DNA of 64,000 bases from Nitrosopumilaceae archaeon (GCA_965207375.1 OZ242274.1:1888001-1952000), one strand, 5' to 3'; positions 54,544-64,000 are shown, counted from the first letter of the stretch. Translations and numbers: made by a program. The notes: a model not told the origin generated them from the sequence alone.

Positions 54544-55320
54544 ATGACAATCATAAAAAACATTAAGATAATTTTGTTTAGTTCACTGATGGTTGCAATG
54601 ATTTTGCCATTTTCTGCAATGGACACAGCCGCCGAAATACAAACTGATGAAGATGAGCTGGCAAAACTCTTAGAATACAAAAAAGAGATCAAATCTCAAC
54701 TAAAAGAAACAGAAGTTAAATCTGAAAGGAAAGAACTTCGTAAGATTATCAAGCGAGTAAATGTTCTAATCGATTTATTGCATATCAAACAAGATCATGA
54801 AACAAATAAGATCAACTTGACAACAGCTAATAACCAAACTACGATATTGCTAGAAAAATTAGATTCTACGTTTACTAGTATGGATACACATAGATTAGAC
54901 ATGGTCATGACAAATGTAGTAATAGCGCAATCTGGAACTTATAATTATGCAACTACAACACAGACGAAGTTCAATTGTGACACAATATCTAATCAAATTG
55001 GTTACAACTATGGAACTGTCACTGGGATTGATTTTGTCGAATCTTATGTGGTGGCAATTCAGGGTTATCCTAGTTCTATCGCAATAATGGAAAATAACTA
55101 TTGTACAGAAAAGAACTTTGATTATGGATATGTAAAATACCGAAATGTTGCTACGGGAAAAATGTGTACTGGTGATTTACCCACTGCAAGTTCTGTAGCT
55201 CAAGGTTATTGTGCCAAATTTGGAACCGGAAGTCCTGTATTTATCACAGCTACTGCATGGTATGATGGATCAAACCCGTTCAATATCACAGAAGGTTGGG
55301 AATTCATATGGGTTCCATAA
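54544..55320 (+). CDS. Secreted hypothetical protein
   Basis: Signal peptide IKIILFSSLMVAMILPFSA; coiled coil followed by a Cys-containing beta-rich domain. Confidence 0.8.
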   Translation: MTIIKNIKIILFSSLMVAMILPFSAMDTAAEIQTDEDELAKLLEYKKEIKSQLKETEVKSERKELRKIIKRVNVLIDLLHIKQDHETNKINLTTANNQTTILLEKLDSTFTSMDTHRLDMVMTNVVIAQSGTYNYATTTQTKFNCDTISNQIGYNYGTVTGIDFVESYVVAIQGYPSSIAIMENNYCTEKNFDYGYVKYRNVATGKMCTGDLPTASSVAQGYCAKFGTGSPVFITATAWYDGSNPFNITEGWEFIWVP

Positions 55321-55326
55321 TTTTTC

Positions 55327-55533
55327 ATGATGAATAAACTGAAAATTTTTGTATGGGTAGTTCCGATAATGGTTATTTTGATTGCAGATAGACCCATAAC
55401 GCGCCTGACTAATGAATTGGTAACATCTAAAACCTTTGAGATTGGGGTGATTGTGATGATTTTGGATGTAATGTTGATTTTAACTGTGGGTGGTTTGTCC
55501 TTCTATACAGTCAAAAGAATTTGGAATGCATAG
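55327..55533 (+). CDS. Small two-TM membrane protein
   Basis: 68 aa, two hydrophobic segments, 6 nt after the preceding gene. Confidence 0.6.
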   Translation: MMNKLKIFVWVVPIMVILIADRPITRLTNELVTSKTFEIGVIVMILDVMLILTVGGLSFYTVKRIWNA

Positions 55534-55674
55534 TGATTTTAAAATCACTACACATCACGCATTCCAAGAATAAAATATCCATAGTAACAGAATATCTATT
55601 ATTTTCTAAAATGTCATTTAAGTAAAGATTAGAAAACAATTTTGGCGCGGAGGTACACATCGAGAATAACTCAG

Positions 55675-56185
55675 GGTGTTTGTAATATGTGATAATACAA
55701 GTGGCCACAAATCCAAAAAGATCAAAGAGTATTTGGAAAAGGCATGCGGCGATGTTGTCCTATGGTGCCTTCCACCGTACACCCCACAGCACAATCCAAT
55801 AGAGAGGATGTGGCGCGAGATCAAGCGTGCCATTGCAGGAAGATATTTTGGCAGCTTTGAAAAGATGCAGGATACCATAAAACAACTTGTACAAAGCGGT
55901 GAGGCAGCAACTGTAAAGCTGTTCAAATACATGCTGGATGTAATAAATCAGGACAAAAATGTACTTCAGATATCTGTAACCTGAGAAACATATTAGGATT
56001 TCAAGAGTATTGTCTTTTCAGGATAACCTAAGCTCAAAACTGCACCAATATGCCAAAACATGCCACAACATGTTTGATTTTATGGATTTGTCGTATCTTC
56101 TGTCATGATTTTGTGTTTTGCCTGTGGCTGAAATCTACTATCACAGGCTACAGCCAAAAAGCGTTCCATTCTTTTTTGCGATTAC
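55675..56185 (+). mobile_element. 5'-truncated copy of the 50167-53319 IS630 element
   Basis: Transposase C-terminus, 3' non-coding region and intact right TIR followed by TA. Confidence 0.9.
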
Positions 56186-56187
56186 TA

Positions 56188-58514
56188 CACACCAGCTTCG
56201 GTTGCCAAAAAAGGAGATCAAATACGGCAATCCCAAGGGAGACGTACTAAAATTTCTAAACGAACTTGTACATCTATGCCAGCAACACTATTTTGCAGAC
56301 AAGATAACTGATATGCACTCAAGAAAGGTGGCAGCCAACTGTCTTGACAGTCAAATGCGTCAGCTTATGAACGCAGATTGGACAGATGACAAGCAAGGTA
56401 CGATACGCAGATTCCAAAAGAGATGGAGAAGGGAAGGATACTACACCACGACGTTTCTGACAATTGAGGGGATTGAACCTGACAACAACGGAGTGGAGAG
56501 AATGAATCGGCGTTTTGTATCAATACGGCATGATGGAGGTGGGAATCGTTCTGATGCAGGCATGGAGACCAATTCCATACTGTTTACAATACTTGCAACT
56601 AGCAAGATTCAAAATACTAGTTTTTATGACATTTTAAGAAATTCCTACAGCCCAGGATAGCATTATCCTTTCTGTGATTCTCCAGCATTAATTGTTGGTA
56701 AAAGTCAATATACAAATTTTCTCTGGATTGCCCGTGCCTAGATTACTGCCTGTACCAGCAGATCAATCACACATTATCAAAGCAATCACACATTAGCAGA
56801 ACATAATCTTCTCCGAGTTGTCACTGTTTCATCACACATGTAACTTTGACATTAGAGTTTATTGCACGTACAGTGCAGCGTTTGATATTACTGTCCTCCA
56901 TTTTTGTCCGTGTATAGTTATACCTGCAGCCTCTGCAGGCGTCTTGCCTCCAAGACTCGAGTGAGGTCGCATGAAATTGTAATAAATATCACATCCTGCA
57001 AATATTGGCGAGTTTTTACTTTTAATGCCGCGTCTGGGTCGTTGTATAGAACGTAATGTCCCGTTGAATCTTTCCTGGACATTGTTGTTGTTCTTTTTGG
57101 AAATTCCTGCATTTGATATGTGTGTGCAATGTTGATGTATCGCGTTTGGTGCAGCATACACTGATTCAAATGCTTGTGCATATGAGGGCAGGCCATCGCT
57201 TACAAATTCTGTAGGTTTCTTTCCGGCACGGGCTGCTGCAGCTTTGAGTAGATTTTCTGCATTGTGTCCGTCCTTGCAGTTTGCAACCTCCCATGCTAGT
57301 AAAAATCTGGTATCATAATCAGTCTCTGCAAAAAGATAATTTTGTTTACCTCTTATTGAAATGTATTCCTCGTCTGCACAGAATCGATTGCCTGTATTAA
57401 TTGAAAGTGACATCAGGTATACATACACCATTGTTACAAATTTGATTATCCATCTGTATATCGTAGATATACACACATACACTCCCTTTTGTGCTAGCGT
57501 GTCTTGTATTGCACTAGGTGTATGTCCTTTAAAGTAGGCATCAAGTGCATCTAGAATCGCCCATGATTCTATTCGTGTGTGTTCCATGCCGCCCCTGTAC
57601 CCAAAGACACGATTGCAATTTTTGCATTGGTATCGCTGTGTAATGCCATTTTGACGCTGTATATGACCATATTTTATGAGACGGTCGTTACCGCAACGAA
57701 TACAGTGGGATGGGATTTCTATTAGACATATTTCTGTGACCTTTTCAGTGATGTCATCTGTATCTTTGATCTGTTTGTCCTGGCAAGGCAGCTCAGACGC
57801 ATCTTTGGGGTGTCCATCCATTATTGTCTCTGCCTCTCTATCTGTTACATCTGCAATTACTGCCAGGATGTGTTTGCATTGAGCTTGTCTGTATTTGTAA
57901 TCTGGACAGTCACATGACCAAGAATTTTTTTTCTGTATCACGGTATATCTGATGTTGTCCTTAGATTGGGACTGTACTGTGTAATGGTTAGGTTTGACTT
58001 TTTTTATTGCATTTTGTGTTTCTAGTATTTTCAAGGCACGGTTTCCACGCCCTTGTGCACCCTTACTCCAGGATACACGTGTACTCATCCATCTGGTAAC
58101 TCGTGTCATTTTGTCAGTACTGCGCGTAAGCAGTGTAGATGTCTTGTTTCGTATAGCCTCAAATTTTTCGTGTAGTTTAAATTTTGATCCTGTACATGGT
58201 TTTTGATGTGTTTGTCCCATCATTGTGGTAATCGATGGGACTACATGTCGTGTGTATTTGGATCATGTGGGTTAACAAATTTTGAAAAAATGGTTAAATT
58301 TTTGATCTCTTTTACCTGCACAAGAACAAACTATGTAACAATTGAAGAAATTTTAGGCACGGGCAATTCGGAGAAAATTTGCATATTGACTTTGACCAAC
58401 AGATAACGCTGGAGAATCCTTTCTGTATATCATATCCTGAGGAATAGTAAATTACAATGATAGGGGATGTTGCGCATGACTATCTGAGATAGCTTCAAAA
58501 AGCGAAACAGTTAC
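56188..58514 (+). mobile_element. 3' part of a second IS66-family element (tnp fragment to 56660), interrupted by SWIM-DDE copy 2
   Basis: IEPDNNGVER...GGNRS IS66 C-terminal motif; end ...AAACAGTTAC at 58514. Confidence 0.7.
56676..58418 (-). mobile_element. 1743-bp SWIM/Zn-ribbon/DDE IS, copy 2 (transposase 56859-58223)
   Basis: Same TIRs and length as copy 1; 8-bp TSD CTTTCTGT (56668-56675 and 58419-58426). Confidence 0.95.
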
Positions 58515-58539
58515 GTTCCATTCTTTTTTGCGATTACTA
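58515..58539 (+). mobile_element. Isolated IS630 right TIR
   Basis: gttccattcttttttgcgattacta, identical to the ends at 56163-56187 and 51761/53321. Confidence 0.85.
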
Positions 58540-58679
58540 CGTATCAGATTTTTTTGTATAGGTTTGGTTCATATTCTACAGATGATTTGGACTACAAATT
58601 ACGGCCTGCACATTACAAAGACATGCAGTTTGACACCGTAATTCAAGTTCAGAAAAATTTGCGTGTGTTGATACTAGAA

Positions 58680-58853
58680 TTATCCATAGATCATACAGTG
58701 TTCACATTCACAGCTGTTAATTTTTTTAGTCTTTGCAAGACAATTCTTGTGTTGGCCCGCCTGACACTGAACACATATTTCATCAAGATTTTCAATTTTG
58801 GTGTATTTTTTTGACTGATCAAATCCAAATCCACCATCTTCTGGTCCCACCAT
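58680..58853 (-). CDS. Small Cys/His-rich protein
   Basis: CVQCQAGQHKNC...CECEHC. Confidence 0.65.
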   Translation of the reverse strand: MVGPEDGGFGFDQSKKYTKIENLDEICVQCQAGQHKNCLAKTKKINSCECEHCMIYG

Positions 58854-58889
58854 AAAACTACAAAACAATACCAGTATTTTATGTCATTG

Positions 58890-59189
58890 CTAGCAAATGG
58901 CCTCTCTAATTAACTTGTACAGTTCGGCTCTGTGCTCCTCAACAAATCCACGAATTTCAAAGGTATCTACAAACCCTCCCGCCGAAGCTCTAGTGGCCTT
59001 TAGCAAATAATGCAATGCACCTTCCTCAATTTTACCAACATAATAACCATAAAGAAAATCAACCTCATTTTCACATTTCCATACTTGTGATATTTTTAGA
59101 AATGTTTGATTTATTTCGGTAGGAATTTCTTTAATTCTATTTTTGACATATTCGTCAAGAGATTTTCTCAAAGAGGCATCTTGAATCAT
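58890..59189 (-). CDS. Hypothetical protein
   Basis: 99-aa ORF (DFLYGYYVGKIEEG). Confidence 0.75.
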   Translation of the reverse strand: MIQDASLRKSLDEYVKNRIKEIPTEINQTFLKISQVWKCENEVDFLYGYYVGKIEEGALHYLLKATRASAGGFVDTFEIRGFVEEHRAELYKLIREAIC

Positions 59190-59225
59190 GTGTAAGTACA
59201 ACACAGACGGTAGTTTTAAGGTATT

Positions 59226-59357
59226 CTAATCAGAATCGTTAGAATCTTTGTCCCACATGTGCATGTTTCCCCTAATCATAAAAGAGCCAACCACGATGAC
59301 AATCAAGCCAGTTACGATAAACAAAAAGAATCTTCCAACACTTTTGATGTTTGCCAA
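59226..59357 (-). CDS. Putative 43-aa single-TM microprotein
   Basis: Hand translation (TTG start) MANIKSVGRFFLFIVTGLIVIVVGSFMIRGNMHMWDKDSNDSD. Confidence 0.5.
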   Translation of the reverse strand: MANIKSVGRFFLFIVTGLIVIVVGSFMIRGNMHMWDKDSNDSD

Positions 59358-59519
59358 TAATTAGATTCATGTGTCATCATAGTTATAATTTCAGCCATCA
59401 AATGGGCCACAATCTACAAGAGATATTCCCTAGGTGCAATTAAACTGTTGTACATGCAATATAGAATCCATACAGAAGGCGTTGTACTTGAGGATATCGT
59501 CTGTCATTACTGGTACGGA

Positions 59520-59913
59520 CCAGTCATTTACTGCGTTATTATTTCCAAGACACGGTTTGCCCGCCCTTACGCAACCTCACTCCACGATACACATGTCCTC
59601 ATCTAGTTTGTAATTGTTATTTTGTCAGTACTGCGCGTAAACAGCGCCGATATCTTATTCCGCATAACCTCAAATTTTTCACGTAGTTTAAATTTTGATC
59701 CTGTACATGGTTTTTGATGTGTTTGTCCCATCATTGCCAAATCCGATGGGATATACAGGTCATGACACATTTGGATCATGTGGGTTGACAAATTTTTCAA
59801 AAAATGATTGAATTTTTTGATCACTAATTCTGAAACAAATGCGACATATTGAAAGAATTTCAGACGTGGAGGAAAATCCGGAGAATTTTATCAACATTTA
59901 ATTCAGGAGAATT
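59520..59913 (-). mobile_element. Degenerate 5' part of a SWIM-DDE-related IS
   Basis: Encodes MMGQTHQKPCTGSKFKL...; diverged TIR near 59913; boundaries approximate. Confidence 0.85.
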
Positions 59914-59954
59914 CAAATTATAAATTAAATAATGAAGAGGTATGGTATAAAGTC

Positions 59955-60284
59955 ATGACCGTTATAGTAACTAAAATGCCTGGAGGGATAGCGCAAATGT
60001 TTACCCCAGAAACTGGAAAAATCACATACAAATGCAAGGGTCAAAGTACATTTATGGAAATTGAGGCATTTGGTGGAATTGTTAAATTTAATCAAAAAGG
60101 ATCAAAGGCCATCGTTTCAGGACAGGTTACAGAATTGCAGGATTGTAAGGTAATACTTCCTCAAGATGAGCAGTATTCTGCTGCTAAAAAAGCTGCAAAT
60201 GATGCAAAAAGATCTTTTAAAGAGGAGCAAATTTCCACGCTGCAAAAAGAGATTAAAACTCTAGATCTTCTTACAGGAAATTAA
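59955..60284 (+). CDS. Hypothetical protein
   Basis: 109-aa ORF with ATG and AT-rich upstream region. Confidence 0.65.
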   Translation: MTVIVTKMPGGIAQMFTPETGKITYKCKGQSTFMEIEAFGGIVKFNQKGSKAIVSGQVTELQDCKVILPQDEQYSAAKKAANDAKRSFKEEQISTLQKEIKTLDLLTGN

Positions 60285-61184
60285 CATATAATCAATGATT
60301 CCGTTCTGAGATACACTTTGCATTTTCTTAATTGAACTGTATAGTATCTTTTCAACATAACCCGGATAAAGGTCAGAAATTTGGGCTTTGATGGCGTTTC
60401 GATTTTTTTCATAATAAACAGAAAGAGGATCATAGACCTGGGTTCCAATTTTATTCAAGGAAATAATTTCAAATCCCTGATTCTTTATAGAATCTAACAC
60501 ATAATTTTCAGAATAGTGTTCAGATGACCAAGTCATAGACAACAGTCCTAGTTTAGTCATAGAAATGCTTGTTGTACCAGACATTACAGGAATTGCCAAC
60601 GCCAAAATTCCAGAATCAGTCAACACCCGATATGATTCAGATACAAATGACGTCAACGGTTTAAAATGTTGAGCAGATTCAAAGGCTAGCACCCTGTCTA
60701 ATGAGGAATCTCGGAAGGGAAATGAGACAGCAGTGGCATTTAGTTTTGCAGTCTGGGAGTTTTTTAATTGATCAAAATTTATGTTCAGGCAGACAAGATC
60801 AAGAGGACCGTGTTCTGATTGCCATTGCAATGCAGGTGCACCATATCCACTCCCAACATCAAGTACCCTTTGATTAGGGTAAAGCTGTGCCAAATTTCCA
60901 AAAACAGAACACAGTCGCTGTTGAGCATGTAACGGTGTGATATCTGGACTGTCCCAATATCCAAAATTAAGCATGTCACCTCCGGTTGCAAGACGCATTA
61001 TATCAGATAGACAATCATACAGGCGGATTACGTCTCTTTCGTTTCTCCTAAAAGTCCACAAAAAAAGATCAAAAAGATTGATAGATTTCAAGTTAAATTG
61101 GTTTACAGGTACCAATATGTAATTATTACATCTAAGCAAAATGTGGCACAAATTCTTACCCCGCATCTGTTGCTCTGTTTGCAT
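60261..61184 (-). CDS. Class I SAM-dependent methyltransferase (true start probably about 70-90 nt downstream)
   Basis: LNFGYW, VLDVGSGYG, ESAQHF. Confidence 0.88.
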   Translation of the reverse strand: MQTEQQMRGKNLCHILLRCNNYILVPVNQFNLKSINLFDLFLWTFRRNERDVIRLYDCLSDIMRLATGGDMLNFGYWDSPDITPLHAQQRLCSVFGNLAQLYPNQRVLDVGSGYGAPALQWQSEHGPLDLVCLNINFDQLKNSQTAKLNATAVSFPFRDSSLDRVLAFESAQHFKPLTSFVSESYRVLTDSGILALAIPVMSGTTSISMTKLGLLSMTWSSEHYSENYVLDSIKNQGFEIISLNKIGTQVYDPLSVYYEKNRNAIKAQISDLYPGYVEKILYSSIKKMQSVSQNGIIDYMLISCKKI

Positions 61185-61317
61185 TTTGGAGTAGATTTTG
61201 ACCTATTTTGCCCACATTTCGCTTAGCTGTTGAGTAATTTCAATTTTAAGGGATCTGGATCACGCAGCAGAATCACAATTACAAATATTTTTAATCCACA
61301 ATTGCATATGTAAATAC

Positions 61318-61458
61318 ATGTCAAAGACAAAACAGATTGATTCTCCGCCACTTACAGAGGCAGAGATTGCAGATGTGGAATATTTTCGTGCCCATCCAGA
61401 AGAACATAAGGTCATGACACCTGAGGAATTTTTCAAAGAAATACATGACGGTGATTGA
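61318..61458 (+). CDS. Putative antitoxin (46 aa, acidic)
   Basis: Hand translation MSKTKQIDSPPLTEAEIADVEYFRAHPEEHKVMTPEEFFKEIHDGD. Confidence 0.55.
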   Translation: MSKTKQIDSPPLTEAEIADVEYFRAHPEEHKVMTPEEFFKEIHDGD

Positions 61459-61460
61459 AT

Positions 61461-61544
61461 ATGTGGAATCTAAAGATCAACGGCAGATTCTTTAAACAAT
61501 ACAAGAATTTAGATTTACAGATACAGCAAGTCAGAGTATTATGA
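61461..61544 (+). pseudogene. Truncated RelE/ParE-like toxin N-terminus
   Basis: MWNLKINGRFFKQYKNLDLQIQQVRVL*, 2 nt after the putative antitoxin. Confidence 0.45.
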
Positions 61545-61681
61545 CCATGCTAGTTTTCAAAGTACAAATGGATTTTGAGTTAATGCGTCAGTTCAAGCCG
61601 CCGCCAGGGTAGGATTTTGCCCACATTTCGCTTAGCTGTATTATGAATAACATTAATCTATAGGGTCCTCAAACCTAGAAT

Positions 61682-62191
61682 ATGCAGATATCACCCAAGC
61701 TAAAAAAACTGTTAAATGATCAAATTGCACTAGAGGCAAATGCATCAAGCTATTACATGTCAATGGCATCATGGTGCGAATTTACAGGATATGAGGGGGC
61801 TGCCGTATACTTTTACAACCAGTCAGACGAAGAAAGGCAGCACATGTTAAAAATTGTACACTTTCTCAATGCACGAGGAATTGCAGCAGAAATACCACAG
61901 GTCAAAAAATCACCTGCAGTCTTTAAATCTCTTGAAGAAATAATCAAGACTGCACTAAAAAACGAGCAGGCAGTAACTGTTGCAGTTACAAAAATGGTTG
62001 AACTAGCATCAAAAGAAAAAGATCACATAACCTTTACCTTTCTCCAATGGTTTGTAAACGAGCAAATGCATGAGGAAGAAAAGTTTGAAACGATACTTCA
62101 AAAGTTTGAATTAATTGGAAGAGACAAGCTTGCAATTAATGAAATAGACAAGATGTTAGGCAGTACACCCGTAGAGAGCACTGCACAATAA
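61682..62191 (+). CDS. ftnA: Non-haem ferritin
   Basis: LLNDQIALE, EERQH, FLQWFVNEQMHEE. Confidence 0.93.
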   Translation: MQISPKLKKLLNDQIALEANASSYYMSMASWCEFTGYEGAAVYFYNQSDEERQHMLKIVHFLNARGIAAEIPQVKKSPAVFKSLEEIIKTALKNEQAVTVAVTKMVELASKEKDHITFTFLQWFVNEQMHEEEKFETILQKFELIGRDKLAINEIDKMLGSTPVESTAQ

Positions 62192-62198
62192 AAGGCAA

Positions 62199-62747
62199 CT
62201 ATTTGTATCTAAAGCACTGCACAGTATGATCATTTACCATCCCTATTGCCTGCATCAAGGCATAGCAGATGGTCGGACCTACAAATGTAAATCCACGTTT
62301 TTTCAAATCCCGGCTTAGTTTGACTGAGACATCAGTAAAGGCAGGAATATCAGAGTGCTTTTTGCGTTTGTTGTGTACCGGAACATGGTTTACAAACTGC
62401 CACAGATAATTGTCAAAGGTTCCAAACTCTTTTTGCACTCTTAGAAATTGTTTTGCATTGTTTATTGCAGAGTTGATTTTTAGTTTGTTTCGTATGATTT
62501 GTTTATTTTGCAACAGCGCAGATACATCCTTGGAGGCGTATTTTGAAACTTTGAAAGGATTGAAATTGCAAAATGCATTTTTATATCCGTTTCTTCGTTT
62601 CAGAATGGTAGTCCAGGAGAGTCCTGCCTGGGCACCTTCTAAAATTAAAAACTCGAATAGTTTTTTGTCGTCATGTTGTGGAGTCCCCCATTCGTTGTCA
62701 TGATATGAAATGTTGGGTTCATCTTTTGCCCAAATGCATCGCTTCAT
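62199..62747 (-). CDS. tag: DNA-3-methyladenine glycosylase I
   Basis: RCIW, YHDNEWG, QAGLSW, GMVNDH. Confidence 0.95.
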   Translation of the reverse strand: MKRCIWAKDEPNISYHDNEWGTPQHDDKKLFEFLILEGAQAGLSWTTILKRRNGYKNAFCNFNPFKVSKYASKDVSALLQNKQIIRNKLKINSAINNAKQFLRVQKEFGTFDNYLWQFVNHVPVHNKRKKHSDIPAFTDVSVKLSRDLKKRGFTFVGPTICYALMQAIGMVNDHTVQCFRYK

Positions 62748-62791
62748 AAAACAATACATGAATATACAAATTTAAAATTTAGTAACATGTC

Positions 62792-63010
62792 AATTCTTTT
62801 GAATTAAGTTTAGTAAAATTATCTGGATTGTCCTCCACACCTGAAATTTTTTCTGTATATCTCATTTGTTTCAGTAGGGAACAAAAAGTTGGCCATTTTT
62901 CTAAATTTGTCAAATCGCATGATCCAAATGTATCATGACATGCATGTTCAAGAACATATGATGGGATAAACACATCAAAAATCAATTGTTCAGTATCTAT
63001 GTACAGTTTT
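62792..63010 (+). mobile_element. Highly degenerate left end of a SWIM-DDE-related IS
   Basis: Similar to 26668-26900 and to the reverse complement of 59700-59913; boundaries approximate. Confidence 0.7.
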
Positions 63011-63305
63011 AAAAGACTTTGGATTTTACTCATTGGAGCACAGGCTTTTGCTAGAACAATATTCTTTCTCAAAAAAAAAGTCAGAAGTGTATCTATTCGT
63101 GCATTAAATACCATAAATTCAAAATAACGTCAACAGATGCCAAAAATCATACACACTCAGCATTTTTCCCCGTATTCAAGACAAAATTCAGTATTTTGGT
63201 AAAACCAAGATGCGTCAAGAGTCAGCTCAGGCAGTTTTTGCAGCAAAACAATCAAAATAACACCTGTTGATAAACAATAAAAATCGCTAGTTATCTATAC
63301 ACAGT

Positions 63306-63437
63306 ATGATTTGTGCAGATTGTGAAAAACGCCTACATTTTCAGTGTATAGATTGTAAAAACGATCACAAGACATACCTGTGTAGTTGTGATTGCCATGA
63401 TGAGAACACAAAATCGCATAGCGAACAAGCTCATTGA
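63306..63437 (+). CDS. Putative 43-aa Cys/His-rich microprotein
   Basis: Hand translation MICADCEKRLHFQCIDCKNDHKTYLCSCDCHDENTKSHSEQAH. Confidence 0.6.
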   Translation: MICADCEKRLHFQCIDCKNDHKTYLCSCDCHDENTKSHSEQAH

Positions 63438-63550
63438 CTTTGAAATCTTTGTTGTAACCACTTACTGAATTTTTATTACTAAAAAACCCATCTATGATCT
63501 CAAGATAATATCAAGATTCATAAGTAAAAAAAATTGTCAAAGGGCGGTTT

Positions 63551-64000
63551 ATGGCAACTACTATGGACGACTTTGGAAGTTTGGAATACGTGCTTGACAG
63601 GTATTCAAAATCCTGGTGTTGGAAGATCACAGGAAATCGTGCAGTCAACATGATTTCAAAATTGATCCCTCAATCATGGTATGGTGAGGGCCCCGACGTA
63701 GTTATTGTTCCAGATACTTTGGAAAATGTAAACCACATAAAATGGATCAATGACAGATACCCATTTGAAATTCTCTCAAAAACTGCATGGCAGCGCAAAA
63801 TCATCAAAACCATAAAGCCCAAATACAAGATTCCCAAAATTCAAAAACTAATCGAGGCAAAGGCAGGAGAACAGTTCAAGGGGGAGTTGCTCAACTTTCA
63901 AAAGGAAGGTCTTGATTTTTTTATAAAATCCTCAGGCAATGCACTGTTAGCAGACGAGATGGGTCTTGGTAAAACAGTTCAGACGCTAGCCTATTTAGCT
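63551..64000 (+). CDS. SNF2-family helicase, 3'-truncated by the window end
   Basis: Hand translation ends ...FQKEGLDF...ALLADEMGLGKTVQTLAYLA (SNF2 motif I). Confidence 0.9.
   Translation, partial: MATTMDDFGSLEYVLDRYSKSWCWKITGNRAVNMISKLIPQSWYGEGPDVVIVPDTLENVNHIKWINDRYPFEILSKTAWQRKIIKTIKPKYKIPKIQKLIEAKAGEQFKGELLNFQKEGLDFFIKSSGNALLADEMGLGKTVQTLAYLA

Larger units (their letters stand above)
61205..61639. repeat. 26-bp direct repeats bracketing a 383-bp cassette
   Basis: attttgcccacatttcgcttagctgt at 61205-61230 and 61614-61639. Confidence 0.92.

Noticed and set aside
56118-56187. N-terminus of the 180-aa ORF 56118-56660
   Set aside because: Chimeric read-through from the IS630 end into an IS66 transposase fragment
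62779-63114. 111-aa minus-strand ORF, and the similar ORFs at 26680-26883 and 58203-58406
   Set aside because: Antisense frames across IS leader sequence with no protein motif

Overview
Archaeal chromosome segment, most likely Nitrososphaerota (Nitrosopumilaceae-like). This is inferred from cdvA, class I lysS, aspS-gatCAB, purP, elp3, a proteasome beta subunit and a PEF-CTERM protein. A housekeeping backbone (about 1-16 kb, 29-47.7 kb, 60-64 kb; one tRNA-Phe) is interrupted by two accessory zones. (1) A giant FN3/NHL/Ig-like surface-protein gene (16690-28454, minus strand) can be rebuilt as one intact 2902-aa ORF once two precise IS insertions are removed: an ISH3-family element with a 5-bp target-site duplication (TSD) and a 1743-bp SWIM/Zn-ribbon/DDE element with an 8-bp TSD in the signal-peptide codons. 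(2) An IS pile-up at 47.8-59.9 kb has ISH3, IS630, IS66 and SWIM-DDE elements nested inside one another, repeatedly at each other's termini. Hand reading also found a 101-bp IS66-type MITE, a 37-35-37 repeat-spacer-repeat in an IS630 leader, a 20-bp palindrome made of two IS630 tips, a toxin-antitoxin remnant bracketed by 26-bp direct repeats, and several micro-ORFs below the ORF-track cutoff. The IS load and FN3/NHL adhesin hint at a host-associated (e.g. sponge) lineage, which is inference only. No database searches were run; product calls rest on recognised motifs.
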